64,000 nt of DNA, from assembly GCF_964355755.1 (NCBI RefSeq), contig NC_092670.1:24414795-24478794 (forward strand), written 5' to 3'. Both the position numbers and the translations under genes were made by a program. A model generated the notes under the pieces. That model ran no database searches. It saw only the letters and a program-made list of their open reading frames with translations, and was not told where the DNA came from. Position 1 is the first letter of the stretch; every line of letters starts with the position of its first letter. Shown here in pieces: positions 51,801-64,000 of the stretch. Origin of the DNA: Antedon mediterranea. Lineage: Eukaryota > Animalia > Echinodermata.

Positions 51801-54800
51801 GTCGTAATTACACTGGCATTATAGATATAACATTAAAATGCAGGCCGTTATGAGCCATATTTCGCCGATTTCTTATCGCGGGGAAATTCCCCACCATGGA
51901 GAGACATCGATTGATCGCAAGAATTAGGCCTAGGCTAGAGGCCCAACGCACATGCTGGAACGGAACGGAACGCTAATAACAAGTTTCAACAAAAGAGCTT
52001 ACGACAATCTTAGGTAAATTTTTATTAAATGTATAGGCCTACTTGCTTGGCGATTCCATGCATTTTAAATCATTTAACAAGTTCATAATCATCGTAGTAC
52101 TCTGTACAGTAAAACCAAAAAACACCGCATCAACAACCTCGTGCAATGTACGATCTGTTGTTCTTTGCAGATCAACATTGGTAGAGTATGAGGGTTTTAA
52201 AAAATGTGATAACTATTAAAAACGTGTCACAACCACTGTGTAATCAAAGCGTTTATTTAGTTAAAACTTCGATCCCCCTAAAATTGATAATCGCGTATTC
52301 CGGTTATCACATGATTGAGTCACGGTTGGTTGCAAACTTCTTTTTTACACGGTGGAAGTGAAATAAATTCGCCAATTTGGCAAATAAGACAATATATTTA
52401 TGTATTTCACCTTATATAAAAGTAATTACGAAAAAGGTACCTACAGTATTTGTAATGACGTCAAATCATCAAACGTCTTGGCCGTCAATGTACGTATTTG
52501 GTTATTGTTCAAATACCTTTAAAAAAAAATAATTGTTTAAAAAAACATAATGGAAATTTAATCATCGGCATATTATGGCTTTAGGATTTTTAAAAATGCT
52601 AAGTTGTCTATATTGAACAATTTTCAATTAGAATTAACAACAAAAAAAACGTAATTAAAACAATTAATACTTAACACTTACAGTTTTTCCAGAGATGTCA
52701 AACCAGAAAACAATTTGGCTGGTAATGTGCTAATATTGTTCAAGGACAAATTCCTTCAAAGTAAACACAATGCACAGTAAACATGTGAAATTGAATATGT
52801 TGGGCACTTTTCAGTCAATTTAACAACAATTTTACTTCAGAAAATATAGGCCTACTCTGATCTTTGTCAAATAGGCGCGGCCTATGTCAAACCAGAAACA
52901 ACAAGGCCAACAGCCATTAAGTCGCGTGCTACAATGCATAGTGATACCGGACCGACAGACAAACAGACCGACAGACAGACAGACCGACAGACAGACGGAC
53001 CGACCGACATAGTGAACTATACTGACCGAAATTACTGAACATGTTTAAAAATGTTGAAATGTTTAAAAACATTTAAATTTTTTTAATTTACACGTGCGTA
53101 GCCTGTCACTTTTGACGTGCTCGTATAACGTAATTTCGAGTTGAAAAGTAAGTCAAGAAAACAGAAATTGGGCAAAAAGAGTGCGCAATAACATTTAACG
53201 CGCAGTGCGCGCGCAAAAATCTGCGCACTCATGGCAATTTTGTAAACGCTTAAAATTGCCTGAAACGTACTCTTATTTCATCGAAAATAAATTTTGAAAA
53301 TTTTAAGCGCGCGTACGCATGCGTTACATGCGCTACGCACGTAATTGTATTGCCATATGATGATTTATGCCCTGAAATTTATGAGTACCAAATTTTATTT
53401 AATTGTGATTCATGGTTGTTAAGATATGATTACAAACGTGATTTCGTTAAAACCTGCTTACATAATTTTGCGGTTTTATAATATTTATGATAACTTTGGT
53501 ACTTTATTTTCAGGAAAGGTAAATAAATTTATAAATTGTTCTATTTAAGATGATGACTTTTTTTAATGCTTTAAAAAGAAAATCTGTTTTCCAATATGTC
53601 GCTGTACATCGATATCAATATCCTAACATTTGCGTCAGTTTTTAAATGTGAATACTGTAAGTCAAAGACTGGTGGACAACAACTTAAAACAGACAATAGA
53701 GACTTGAGGCAAGTAGGCCTATAGAAATAAAAATACTCACAGTTCTTTCAGAGATATTAAATCAGAAAAAGCATAGATTGGTAATGTACTAATTTGGTTA
53801 GATGACAAATTCCTTCAAAGTAAACACAATGCAACAAAAATGTTAGTTAGGAAATTATAATTGTTATTGGTTGTTATAGGCCTACAGTATTTTCAGAGAT
53901 ATCAACCTGAAAAAAAATATTAGGTGGTAACATTTTAATTTCTATCCAAGACCATTCCTTCAAAGTAAACACAATACATGGTAGAAAATGAAAGTGGGGC
54001 TATCACCATAACAGGCTCACTTTAATAATAGTTTACGCATGACAATGTGTTGAAATAATTGACTTAATGTCAATGTTGGGACTTTTTTAGTTTTACCACT
54101 ATCACCGTTTGGAAATTAAAATCGACCGATTGAAAAACATTCTGTTTTCCCCAAACTTGTTTCGTCTTTGTCGTCAAATTCTTTTAGATATAATAATTAT
54201 AAGTTCAGTAAAGATACCTACAATGATTTGATTGGACAATGCTGGTTGTAATTAGAAATGACTGTCCAGTTATAGCTTATTGTATTGTTACAATAATACT
54301 CGCATTTCACTGATGAGAACTGACAAGAAAAATTCACTGGGCAAACTGCTTCTATAAAAACAAAATAAGATATAAATAAATACAAAACAATAACCGATAA
54401 AAGATAGTTAACAGACACTCCTCGTGTAACGTTGTTACACGTTGCGATCGTGGGCTCCATTCTGTACGACGGAGGAGAATGATTAACTCAACTTTTTCAC
54501 CATACCTGGGTGTATTTTGGTAAGACTCTAGGCCTACGTTATTTAATTTTTTTAAATTTTATGTAGTCATAATAGGTTAGTAATCCTGATTCCTTGCCGT
54601 TGTTCATTTTGATGAGTTTGACCTTCTCGTGTTATTTTACTATCAAAGATGTACAAAAAATGAAGATTAATACAACTTCAAAATAAATAAATAAATTTAA
54701 ACAAAACCTACATTGACGTCAAGACAATCGCTGGGTTGCCTTTTGTTTTTCTTTAAATTACAGTTTTATCTAAATCATTGTTTTGTTTGATCCAATTTTT

Positions 54801-55020
54801 GGAGATGTTGCAGAAAATCGATTATTCAAAGTTTACTCAATTTTAAAAGTCTGATAATGATCAGAACAAGAGACGACAATAGCAAACATATACATTACAC
54901 TTTAAAATAGTAATAAAAGTAATATAATGACAATAATAAAAGCATACCAGAAACATTGCAGCAGATAACAAGCGGTACAGTCAAGATTATGACGATTATA
55001 ATTTTAAATATGACAGCCAT
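48834..55020 (-). CDS. Leucine-rich-repeat rhodopsin-class GPCR (LGR; GRL101/RXFP-like 7TM), ~511 aa; exons 55020-54948, 54351-54222, 53812-53741, 52753-52682, 51210-51136, 50495-50424, 49875-48834
   Basis: Signal peptide MAVIFKIIIVIILTVPLVICC and a Cys-rich LRRNT-like exon. Four 72/75-nt phase-2 LRR exons (e.g. NLSSNQISTLPIYAFSDLISLKEL). Hinge SLCC..CEPTDTFSSCADLL. 7TM motifs NLAVSDLLM, SIDR, VCLALP, TDFCCWFP and PINSCINPYLY. All junctions are GT-AG and in frame. Confidence 0.85.
50028..50102. mobile_element. Tiny palindromic MITE-like element in GPCR intron
   Basis: AAGCCTGGTTTCCATAAAATTGCTAC ... GTAGCAATTTTATGAAACCAGGCTT inverted repeat. Confidence 0.55.
52895..53452. mobile_element. Degenerate Helentron-derived relic in GPCR intron: (GACA/GACC)n microsatellite segment followed by a family-A core fragment
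   Basis: 53088-53450 matches the A core (CGTGCGTAGCCTGTCACTTTTGACGTGCTCGTATAA...). 52950-53020 has a DINE-like tetranucleotide tract. Confidence 0.65.
53886..53957 (-). pseudogene. Degenerate duplicate LRR exon (pseudo-exon)
   Basis: Same acceptor context (TTGTGTTTACTTTGAAG) as the exons at 53812 and 52753, but with an in-frame TAG and indels. Confidence 0.6.
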
Positions 55021-56051
55021 AATTCTTCTTTACTGTGTATCCAAATAAACGTTTACTCCATGAACTTGTTCGTTATGTTATAAACGTATCGTGCTAACTA
55101 CTCATATATAATTGAATAATTCTGTTGCGTTGATTTTAGTGCGTATTAAACATTTAGACAAATTACTTCACCAGATATTACTATTACACTATCTTAAATA
55201 ATCAAATTATAAATGACAAAATTTAAATGAATCGATGTATAACGATCACGGCGTCTGTGATCTAGTCCTCATAGCCTCCAGTTGCAAAATCCTCTCCAAC
55301 AGTGACTACTTTAGATATGCAAGCGAAAGTTTACTGAATGACTTAAAACCCACTGTTATTTTAAATATATTCTGTGTTAATAATATTCAGTGCTTTTATG
55401 CCTACTAAATTTATTTCAATTGATGTTTGTTATAAATGGTGCTGTTCTTTATGTTAATTTGTTTAATTGTTTATAGAATTAGTAATATATAAGACATTAG
55501 TAATAATATTCAACTCAGTATCTTAGGCCTGTGTAGCGCGGTCGCAGTAATTCTGTATCATAACATATTAGGCTCGCCTGCATTATTCATTATTTCTGTC
55601 CTCCTGATAGGAAAAAAGAATGCAGTCTGGTGTCGAATGTTTTCTCTTTTTAGTTAATGTATTTAATCCCGTATTGATTAATTGTTGCTATATTTTGTTA
55701 TATTCTTAAATCTTGATTTTGTAGATTGTTTCGTCATCCTAATTGTACTGATCAAATGAGCTTATGTTATGAGAAAAGCACAAGTTTAATGCGTGACTAG
55801 TCTTTATGCATAATTTAAGATTCTTCCTTCTAAACTTTGATCTTAGTGCATTTCATAAACGTAGATAAAATAGACATCTTTACGTTGGTATTAATTATGA
55901 TCGTCGTATAAATGACTAATTTCGTGGTCGCCATGTTTTCATATTGTTATTAGTATAATGTTTATCATCAATATCGGATATGATCAGTATCCATATCTTG
56001 ACAGCTGAGCATGCGTCTTTTAATGTATATTCTTTGTTAAAATTATTATTA

Positions 56052-57591
56052 CTAGATGGCACGCTCGCTTCGCTCGCGTACCATCTACCACAGATGGTTC
56101 TCGAATACACAGTATTTCCAGCGAGAAAAAAATGGAGATTTCAAATGTACGTACCGCAGGACTATAATACATTGTCGTTTACAGAAACGAATAAATATAC
56201 ACAATGATTTATGTAGTCAACCAAAATTAGCACCCTGGGAATTACTTCCGAGAGAGAAACAAATTTTTTTATTTGGACTCATTTAAACAAACCCAATTTG
56301 TGTTTTGTATGTAACATTAAGGGTTGAGGGATGGGGGAAGAAGATAGGTACAAAGAGGAAACATTTTAAAATATATTCTTATTCACTCAGTAACGAAATA
56401 TTGTTTTTAATGTTTTATAGGCCTATAAATAATATACCACTAAATACAGTAAAACATTTACGATTTAATACGGTACTTTGTTAAAACTCTCACTGTCATA
56501 GTCGATTGAAATAGTAAAGTACATGTAACGATACACCACTACGACGTTTATATATTTTTAAATTATTAATTAATACAAACGTTGAGAAGCAACTGTCAGT
56601 AATAACGTTTATTTATTTGTATATTATATGTTTATAATCTAACAGTAGGGCCTACCCACACTCACAGTAATAAAGTTTATTTGTATATATTTTTATATTA
56701 CATCTAACAGTACCAACACTCACAGTAAGAAATTTGCGATTCAAATTGCGATCAAAAGTGGTTAATACCTTAACAGTATTGTACAGCATTGCAATACTAT
56801 TTATGTTTATTCTCCAAGGGGGCCCATAAATCTAAATCTATACCTCTATGGTTAAACCAAATAATTTGGAATGTTTATTTGTATATTATATGTTTATAAT
56901 CTAACAGTAGGGCCTACCCACACTCACAGTAATAAAGTTTATTTGTATATATTTTTATATTACATCTAACAGTACCAACACTCACAGTAAGACATTTGCG
57001 ATTCAAATTGCGATCAAAAGTGGTTAATACCTTAACAGTATTGTACAGCATTGCAATACTATTTATGTTTATTCTCCAAGGAGGCCCATAAATCTAAATC
57101 TATACCTGTATGGTTAAACCAAATAATTTGGAATGTTCCATTCATCACAAATCAATACATTTGTAAAAACGTATATTAAATGTATCAAAATAGTATTTTT
57201 TAAAGAAAATCGGCCTGTCTTCAACATTATGATGCTGTACTCGAGCTGTTCAACCGGTTTTCAGCTATTAAAAACAATTATCGTAGGAGGAGATAGAAAA
57301 ATGTGAAGCCTCCTCGCATTTTTGTGGCGGGTATTTTTCAAGATGGACATCCATTAGACAGTGTATACCACGATCGGAAAACACCCCTATTTGGGGCAAA
57401 TCTTTGAACCTAAATTCGTTTTAATCGTCAATAACTAATTATCTAACTTAATTTAATTAGTAAACAGGGTTACATCAGGTGGTTAAAATCAGTACCGAAA
57501 GTACGAACCAACTTTACATACCATCGAGTAAAAATTCTAAAAGTAAGGCGCGATTTACCGAATTTTGCCCTTACGTAAATTTATATATAGA
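56052..57591 (-). mobile_element. Canonical non-autonomous Helitron copy 1 (5'-TC...hairpin-CTAG-3'), with a ~264 bp internal tandem duplication
   Basis: Minus strand starts TCTATATATAAATTTACG and ends TAGATGGTACGCGAGCGAAGCGAGCGTGCCATCTAG, followed by host T. Confidence 0.85.
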
Positions 57592-60415
57592 CTAGATGGC
57601 ACGCTCGCTTCGCTCGCGTACCATCTAGGTCGTGCCCACAGATGGTTCTCGAATACACAGTATTTCCCAGCGAGAAAAAAATTGAGATTTCAAATGTACG
57701 TACTGCAGGACTACATTGTCGTTTACACAAATGAATAAATATACACGATGATTTATGTAGTCAGCTAAAATTAGCACCCTGGGAATTACTTCCGAGAGAG
57801 AAACAAAATGAGTCAAATTTTTTTATTTGGACTCATTTAAACAAACCCAATTTGTGTTTTGTATGTAACATTAAGGGTTGAGGTATGGGGGAAGAAGATA
57901 GGTACAAAGAGGAAACATTTTAAAACATATTCTTATCCACTAAGTAACGAAATATTGTTTTTAATGTTTTATAGGCCTATAAATAATATACCACTAAATA
58001 CAGTAAAACATTTACGATTTAATACTTTGTTAAAACTTTCACTGTCATAGTCGATTGAAATAGTAAAGTACATGTAACGATACACCACTACGTACGTTTA
58101 TATATTTTTAAATTATTAATTAATACAAACGTTGAGAAGCAACAGTAGTAATAACGTTTATTTATTTGTATATTATATGTTTATAATCTAACAGTAGGGC
58201 CTACCCACACTCACAGTAATAAAGTTTATTTGTATATTTGTTTATATTATATCTAACAGTACCAACACTCACAGTAAGAAATTTGCGATTCAAATTGCGA
58301 TCAAAAGTGGTTAATACCTTAACAGTATTGTACAGCATTGCAATACTATTTATGTTTATTCTCCAAGGGGGCCCATAAATCTAAATCTATACCTCTATGG
58401 TTAAACCAAATAATTTGGAATGTTCCATTCATCACAAATCAATACATTTGTAAAAACGTATATTACATGTATCAAAATAGCATTTTTTAAAGAAAATCGG
58501 CCTGTCTTCAACATCATGATGCTGTACTCGAACTGGTCAACCGGTTTTCAGCTATTAAAAACAATTATCGTAGGAGGAGATAGGAAAATGCGAAGTGTCC
58601 TCGTATTATTGTGTGCGGGTATTTTTCAAATTGACATCCATTAGTGTCGTATAATAAATAAGTACTGTAATAGTTACTGAAGTTACTATTACAATCTCGT
58701 CAATGAAAACACGAAAATGTATATGCACTTACTTATGAAAACGTATACAGTATTATACTCAGTTATTGAAACAGTAGGTTTAAAAAAGTTTCGTTTGTCT
58801 GTAAAATGATGTAATCAAGCTGTTTACATGAGTCTTAATTTATAAGCACATCAATAATAAAATAGTTTATCTATCCTGTAATTGGCGAGATTATGGTCGC
58901 TGTTGAATGAAATAAAGCCAATCGGTATCATATTTGTACAGAAACGTTTTCGCGGCCGAAGGGTGTAACCTAAATTCGTTGTATTATCGTCAAGAACTAA
59001 CTGTAACTAAACTTACATAGAAAGTAGGGTATCATAAATTTGGCCTTAGCACTCGGGGGAGTGGCTAAGATGAAGTCCGTGGGACTACTAAATATAAATT
59101 GTAATGAACCTCGAGGGACACAAATAGGAATATTTCATGTTTCATTATCAATGTATAATAAATGGAAACTGTTTACCGATTCAAATAATAGAAATTGGTT
59201 TTTAACATTTTCCTGTCTTCAACATTATGATGGTGTACTCTAGCAATCTATCAAAATAGTATTTTTTAAAGAAAATCGGCCTGTCTTCAACATTATGATG
59301 GTGTACTCTAGCTGTTCAACCGGTTTTCAGCTATTAAAAACAATTATCGTAGGAGGAGATAGGAAAATGCGAAGCCTCCTCGCTATGTAACATTAGGGTT
59401 GAGGGATGGGAAAGCGGATAGGTACAAAGAGGAACAATTTTTAAATATATTCTTTATCCACTGAGTAACGAAATATTTTGTTCATGTTTTATAGGCCTAT
59501 AAATAATATACCTCTAAATACAGTAGGCCTAAAACATTTGCGATTTAATACTTTGTTAAAACTGTCACTGTCATAATCGATTGAAATATTAAAGTACATG
59601 TCACGATACACCACTACGACGTTTATATTTTTGGTAATTATTAATTAATACAAACGTTGAGAAGGAACTGTATAAAGTTTATTTGTATATCTAACAGTAG
59701 AGCCTATCCACAGTCTCAGTAATAAAGTTTATTTGTATATATTTTTATATTACATCTAACAGTACGAACATTCACAGTAAGAAATGTTCGATTCAAATGA
59801 AAAATAGTTAATAGGTATTTACAGTATTGTCAAAGTATTGCAAGTTTATTCTCAAAGGGCCCATATATTTACCTACCGTATGTGTTAAACCAAGGGCTCA
59901 TAAATTTACCTACAGTACTTGTGTTAAACCAAACTCTGGCAGACTGAGAGATTGGGATGTTCCATTCATCGCAAATCAATACATTTGTATAATCGTATAT
60001 TAAATCTATCAAAATAGTATTTTTTAAAGAAAATCGGCCTGTCTTCAACATTATGATGGTGTACTCTAGCTGTTCAACCGGTTTTCAGCTATTAAAAACA
60101 ATTATCGTAGGAGGAGATAGAAAAATGCGAAGCCTCTTCGCATTTTTTTGGCGGGTATTTTTCAAGATGGACATCCATTAGACAGTGTATACCACGATCG
60201 GAAAACACCCCTATTTGGGGCAAATCGTTGAACCTAAATTCGTTTTAATCGTCAATAACTAATTATCTAACTCAATTTAATTAGTAAACAGGGTTACATC
60301 AGGCGGTTAAAATCAGTACCGAAAGTACGAACCAACTTTACATACCATCGAGTGAAAATTCTAGAAGTAAGGCGCGATTTACCGAATTTTGCCCTTACGT
60401 AAATTTATATATAGA
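57592..60415 (-). mobile_element. Canonical non-autonomous Helitron copy 2 (internally duplicated/composite), head-to-tail with copy 1
   Basis: Same termini as copy 1. Preceded by host A (60416 on minus). Its CTAG abuts the TC of copy 1. Confidence 0.85.
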
Positions 60416-62075
60416 TAATTAAAGAGTTACAAGGTTCGTCGTCATATTTGATATTAATTGATTGATTTAGTGTTAAATTTCAAAAATAATTCCACCCTAT
60501 AAAATTATACCAATTTAATTGGGCAGAAAGTGAAATATATTATATGAATATGCCTTTGTAATGGCACACAATTGTTATTCATGTTATTAACCAAAATTGG
60601 ATCGAAAAAATATATATTTGGCTAAAAAGACTATAATTTATAGCAAAAAAATAGTCAAAGTGTCAGATAATGCTTTTTATTTAAATGTATATATTATTTT
60701 GTCTGATAAATTCCACTTTCTACTATTTGTAAACTACTTTTTGGATAAAATCTTGTTACATATTACTTTAAAACAGATTTGAAACGTAATATTTATCAGA
60801 GGGATGGGAGCTAGCACACGACACACATTCCTCTAATTCTCATTCGAGCTTGAGGAAACCGATATGGTAGCGTTAATGAAAGAAATCTCAACAAGAAATA
60901 TAATAGTACAACGTTGACTAAAAAAATAATACAGAAAAATTAAACAACAAAGAAAATGACTGGCCTGAAATTCTCAGCAAGACGAAGACGAACTTATACA
61001 TTTATAAGTCCATGTGTCGACCACAAAATAGCCGGAGAAGAGAACGTACGCGTCAAGTTGACATGAAGAGGACTGAGTACAGCAGGTAGAACTGAGTGTA
61101 AAGTCCGGGTCTGCAAGCGGGTCTTACTCCAGGAGGGGAAACTACCATGAGTACGTTTTATGAACATGTCATAGCAACGTCACGAATCGTCCAATAGCTC
61201 TATACAGTTACATAGTCACAAATAGGCTCATGCCATGTTTGCATTGAATATTGTATTGATCTTAGCTCATAGCCGGTCAAACAATGTTAACTTGATTATG
61301 GAGAAAATCCTTATTCCTCAACGACTTTACCAAGTCAACAACGAATCTGTGATTGCGAAATGCCAGTATTTTACAAATTGTTACATATTATAGTAACTAA
61401 AAAACAAGCTATCAAGCCTCATTCAAGAATGTTTAATAATTTCGATAATGGCAAATAACAATACATATGATTAAAACATTTTAAATACTTAGTAATAAAC
61501 ACGATTTTGTGCCATAACGGATTTCTACAATCCGCATTATTTATAGAATTTTCCTAAAAAAAAGCTATCATTAGAATTAAAAATATTATTTGAAAAAACA
61601 GATGTGGTTGTAAGATTTGTTTAATTATTGAGAAAGCATACAGTTTGATAATGTCAGCCATAATGTACATTATGGTAAATATTTTAGAGATAGAAAAAGA
61701 TCAATAAAATAGATCGACAATATGCAAATCCTTGTTTATTCTATAAATTTATAATTCGCTATCATTTTTATAATTATAGAAAAAAACATACTAGCTTTTT
61801 TAGGTTAAAATATACTGTCCGTTTTCCAAAACAACAATAGACATTACACAATGAGTTTTGTTCGGATTATGAGCTTCTTATTTAAACTAGGTTTAATGTG
61901 CAGAAACTGCTTTATTTAATAAAAAAATAAATGGTATGGGCCAAAAAAATCTTTATAATGTCCATTTTTTTTCGCGAAGTACACACAAAGCAAAGAAAAC
62001 AAATTTTAATAACTGCAGAATATTTTTAATTTTTAATCATTCATTGTTTTAATACAACTTTACTATAAAGTTCAT

Positions 62076-62682
62076 CTACATGGTCATAAACATTATGACT
62101 ACAGTATATGGTTGAGCTATTGTTATAAAAACTACATGGTCATAAACTTGACTACAGTATATGGTTGAGCTACTGTTATAAAAACTACACGGTCATAAAC
62201 ATTATGACTACAGTATATGGTTGAGCTATTGTTATATAAACTACATGGTCATAAACTTTATGACTACAGTATATGGTTGAGCTATTGTTATATAAACTAC
62301 ATGGTCATAAACTTTATGACTACAGTATATGGTTGAGCTATTGTTATACAAACTACATGGTCATAAACATTATGACTACAGTATATGGTTGAGCTATTGT
62401 TATATAAACTACATGGTCATAAACTTTATGACTACAGTATATGGTTGAGCTATTGTTATATAAACTACATGGTCATAAACTTTATGACTACAGTATATTG
62501 TTGAGCTACTGTTATACAAACTACATGGTCATAAACTTTATGACTACAGTATATTGTTGAGCTACTGTTATACAAACTAGATGGTCATAAACTTTATGAC
62601 TACAGTATATGGTTGAGCTATTGTTATATAAACTACATGGTCATAAACTTGACTACAGTATATGGTTGAGCTACTGTTATAT
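62076..62682 (+). repeat. 53-56 bp minisatellite x ~11
   Basis: Unit CTACATGGTCATAAACTTTATGACTACAGTATATGGTTGAGCTATTGTTATATAAA, with no unique spacers. Confidence 0.95.
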
Positions 62683-62796
62683 ACAATTATGAAATTGGTT
62701 GAAAATTAAATAATTTTTTTTAGATTCATTATACATGTAAAATTCCATTAATGTGCACCCTATTGTGACAACCAGTGAGTTGTAAAACTCCCTGCA

Positions 62797-64000
62797 TTAA
62801 CTTTCATTTAAAAAGTCATCTCTTAATTCTTTTAATTTAACAATAACATTGGTAGGCAATCTACTAGTTGGTGTTAAATTAAATATACTTATCACCTCCT
62901 CCTTCGATATTATTTCTCGCCATTCTTGTCCATCTTTTTCACACAGAACAAACCGGGAAGTATACGTTCCAGTGTACCACACTACTTCTACCTCATTGTT
63001 ATTTATGCTGAATATTTTGCCTATCTGAGGCCATTCTGTGGGATATCTCCTTAAAGCTGTTGCTACCATAGCACCAACATCGAGTTGCTGTGGTGGCTTA
63101 CGCTTCGAAAATTTACCAATGTGTACCTAGTAGTGTGGGAGAAAGCATAGAAAAGTCATAATCATTTTTCTTACAACCCTAAAAATATAGAATTTTCGTT
63201 GATGCATTTGCTTGATGCAATTATGAGATCATATATCCCAAATATAAGCACTGCTTTAAACTATGTTGCATTACATGTTTCAAAGATGTAATTTTGAAAA
63301 TCTATAATATCTTTATCATACCGGTCTTATTTCATTTTCATTATCCGAGTCACTAATGTCTGTCTCGTTTCCATCAGATTCCTCCCTCATAGGGCTTGCA
63401 TTGTTGTCATTAAAAATGATGTCATGGAGCAAAAATCCCTGTTCATTTCCTAAAAAAAAAGAGTACGTATTAGTTTTAAAAAGTAAATAATATACATTCA
63501 TACAAAATATCATGATATATTTATGCTGAGGTGTTTGTTGCATAAAAGCTGGGCCAATACATTGCGCACCATGCTAATCAGATGCTGATTGATTGATTTT
63601 ATCTTATGAATTAATCAGGAGGCATGTTTCTCTAGTGTACTCCACTAGATATCGTTCATGTTATTTGATAATTTTAGGTTCTCACATAAAATGATCAGTG
63701 GAAGCATGCATTGGTGAATGTGACCCAACATAGTTGTGTGGAGTAAATAGTTGAATTTTGTTATAGCTGCTGAATCTATACTAAAATCAAAATTCTCTTG
63801 CTAACCAAAAAATATATGTGTAAAATGGTGAAACATCACACATGCAATGTAGTACAGTACATACCTTCTGTGATCTCTTCTATATTATTTAAAAATTCCT
63901 CCCACCAGTCACGTTCTTCTATTCGCAAAAAATTTGCAACAGACGCCAGACTTTTTTTTAACTTTGGTATATCTGCATTACTAAAATCAGGAGTACACAA
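62797..64000 (-). CDS. 3' part of a spliced gene of unknown function, probably transposon-encoded; exons >64000-63865, 63449-63322, 63126-62797
   Basis: GT-AG junctions join in frame: ...PDFSNADIPKLKKSLASVANFLRIEERDWWEEFL / acidic linker / ...YPTEWPQIGKIFSINNNEVEVVWYTGTY...LTPTSRLP...stop. Confidence 0.65.

Noticed and set aside
51548-52530. Possible DNA-transposon insertion in GPCR intron starting TAAGGCCAACAAAAA...GGGTAGGTCGGTAGG
   Set aside because: Only one terminus-like sequence is visible; boundaries are unsupported.
62076-62682. Regular ~56-bp repeats as CRISPR
   Set aside because: Contiguous near-identical units with no unique spacers: a minisatellite.

Overview
AT-rich eukaryotic (probably marine invertebrate) genomic DNA dominated by rolling-circle transposons. 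Positions 1-44569 form one nested 'Russian-doll' stack of Helentron elements, all in the same orientation. It holds at least 10 copies of a ~1.45 kb non-autonomous family A and 6 copies of a 1.3-1.6 kb family B. Each copy is inserted in or beside the A-rich microsatellite of an earlier copy, so the short palindromic 5' 'caps' pile up in last-in-first-out order. Inside the stack sits a ~23 kb autonomous-type Helentron with B-type ends (21245-44446). It encodes a frameshifted polyprotein (herpes-tegument-like DUB, OTU, HUH Rep, Pif1 helicase, APE endonuclease) and a divergently oriented 5-exon RPA-like OB-fold gene that the ORF track does not assemble. Both non-autonomous families carry a tRNA-derived A-box/B-box cassette. 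To the right are a TA-flanked MITE, a 7-exon compact LRR-GPCR (LGR/GRL101-like) host gene on the minus strand, a duplicated intergenic segment, a head-to-tail dimer of canonical TC...CTAG Helitrons, a 56-bp minisatellite and the 3' end of a spliced, probably transposon-borne gene. All calls are from reading the sequence by eye; no database search was run.
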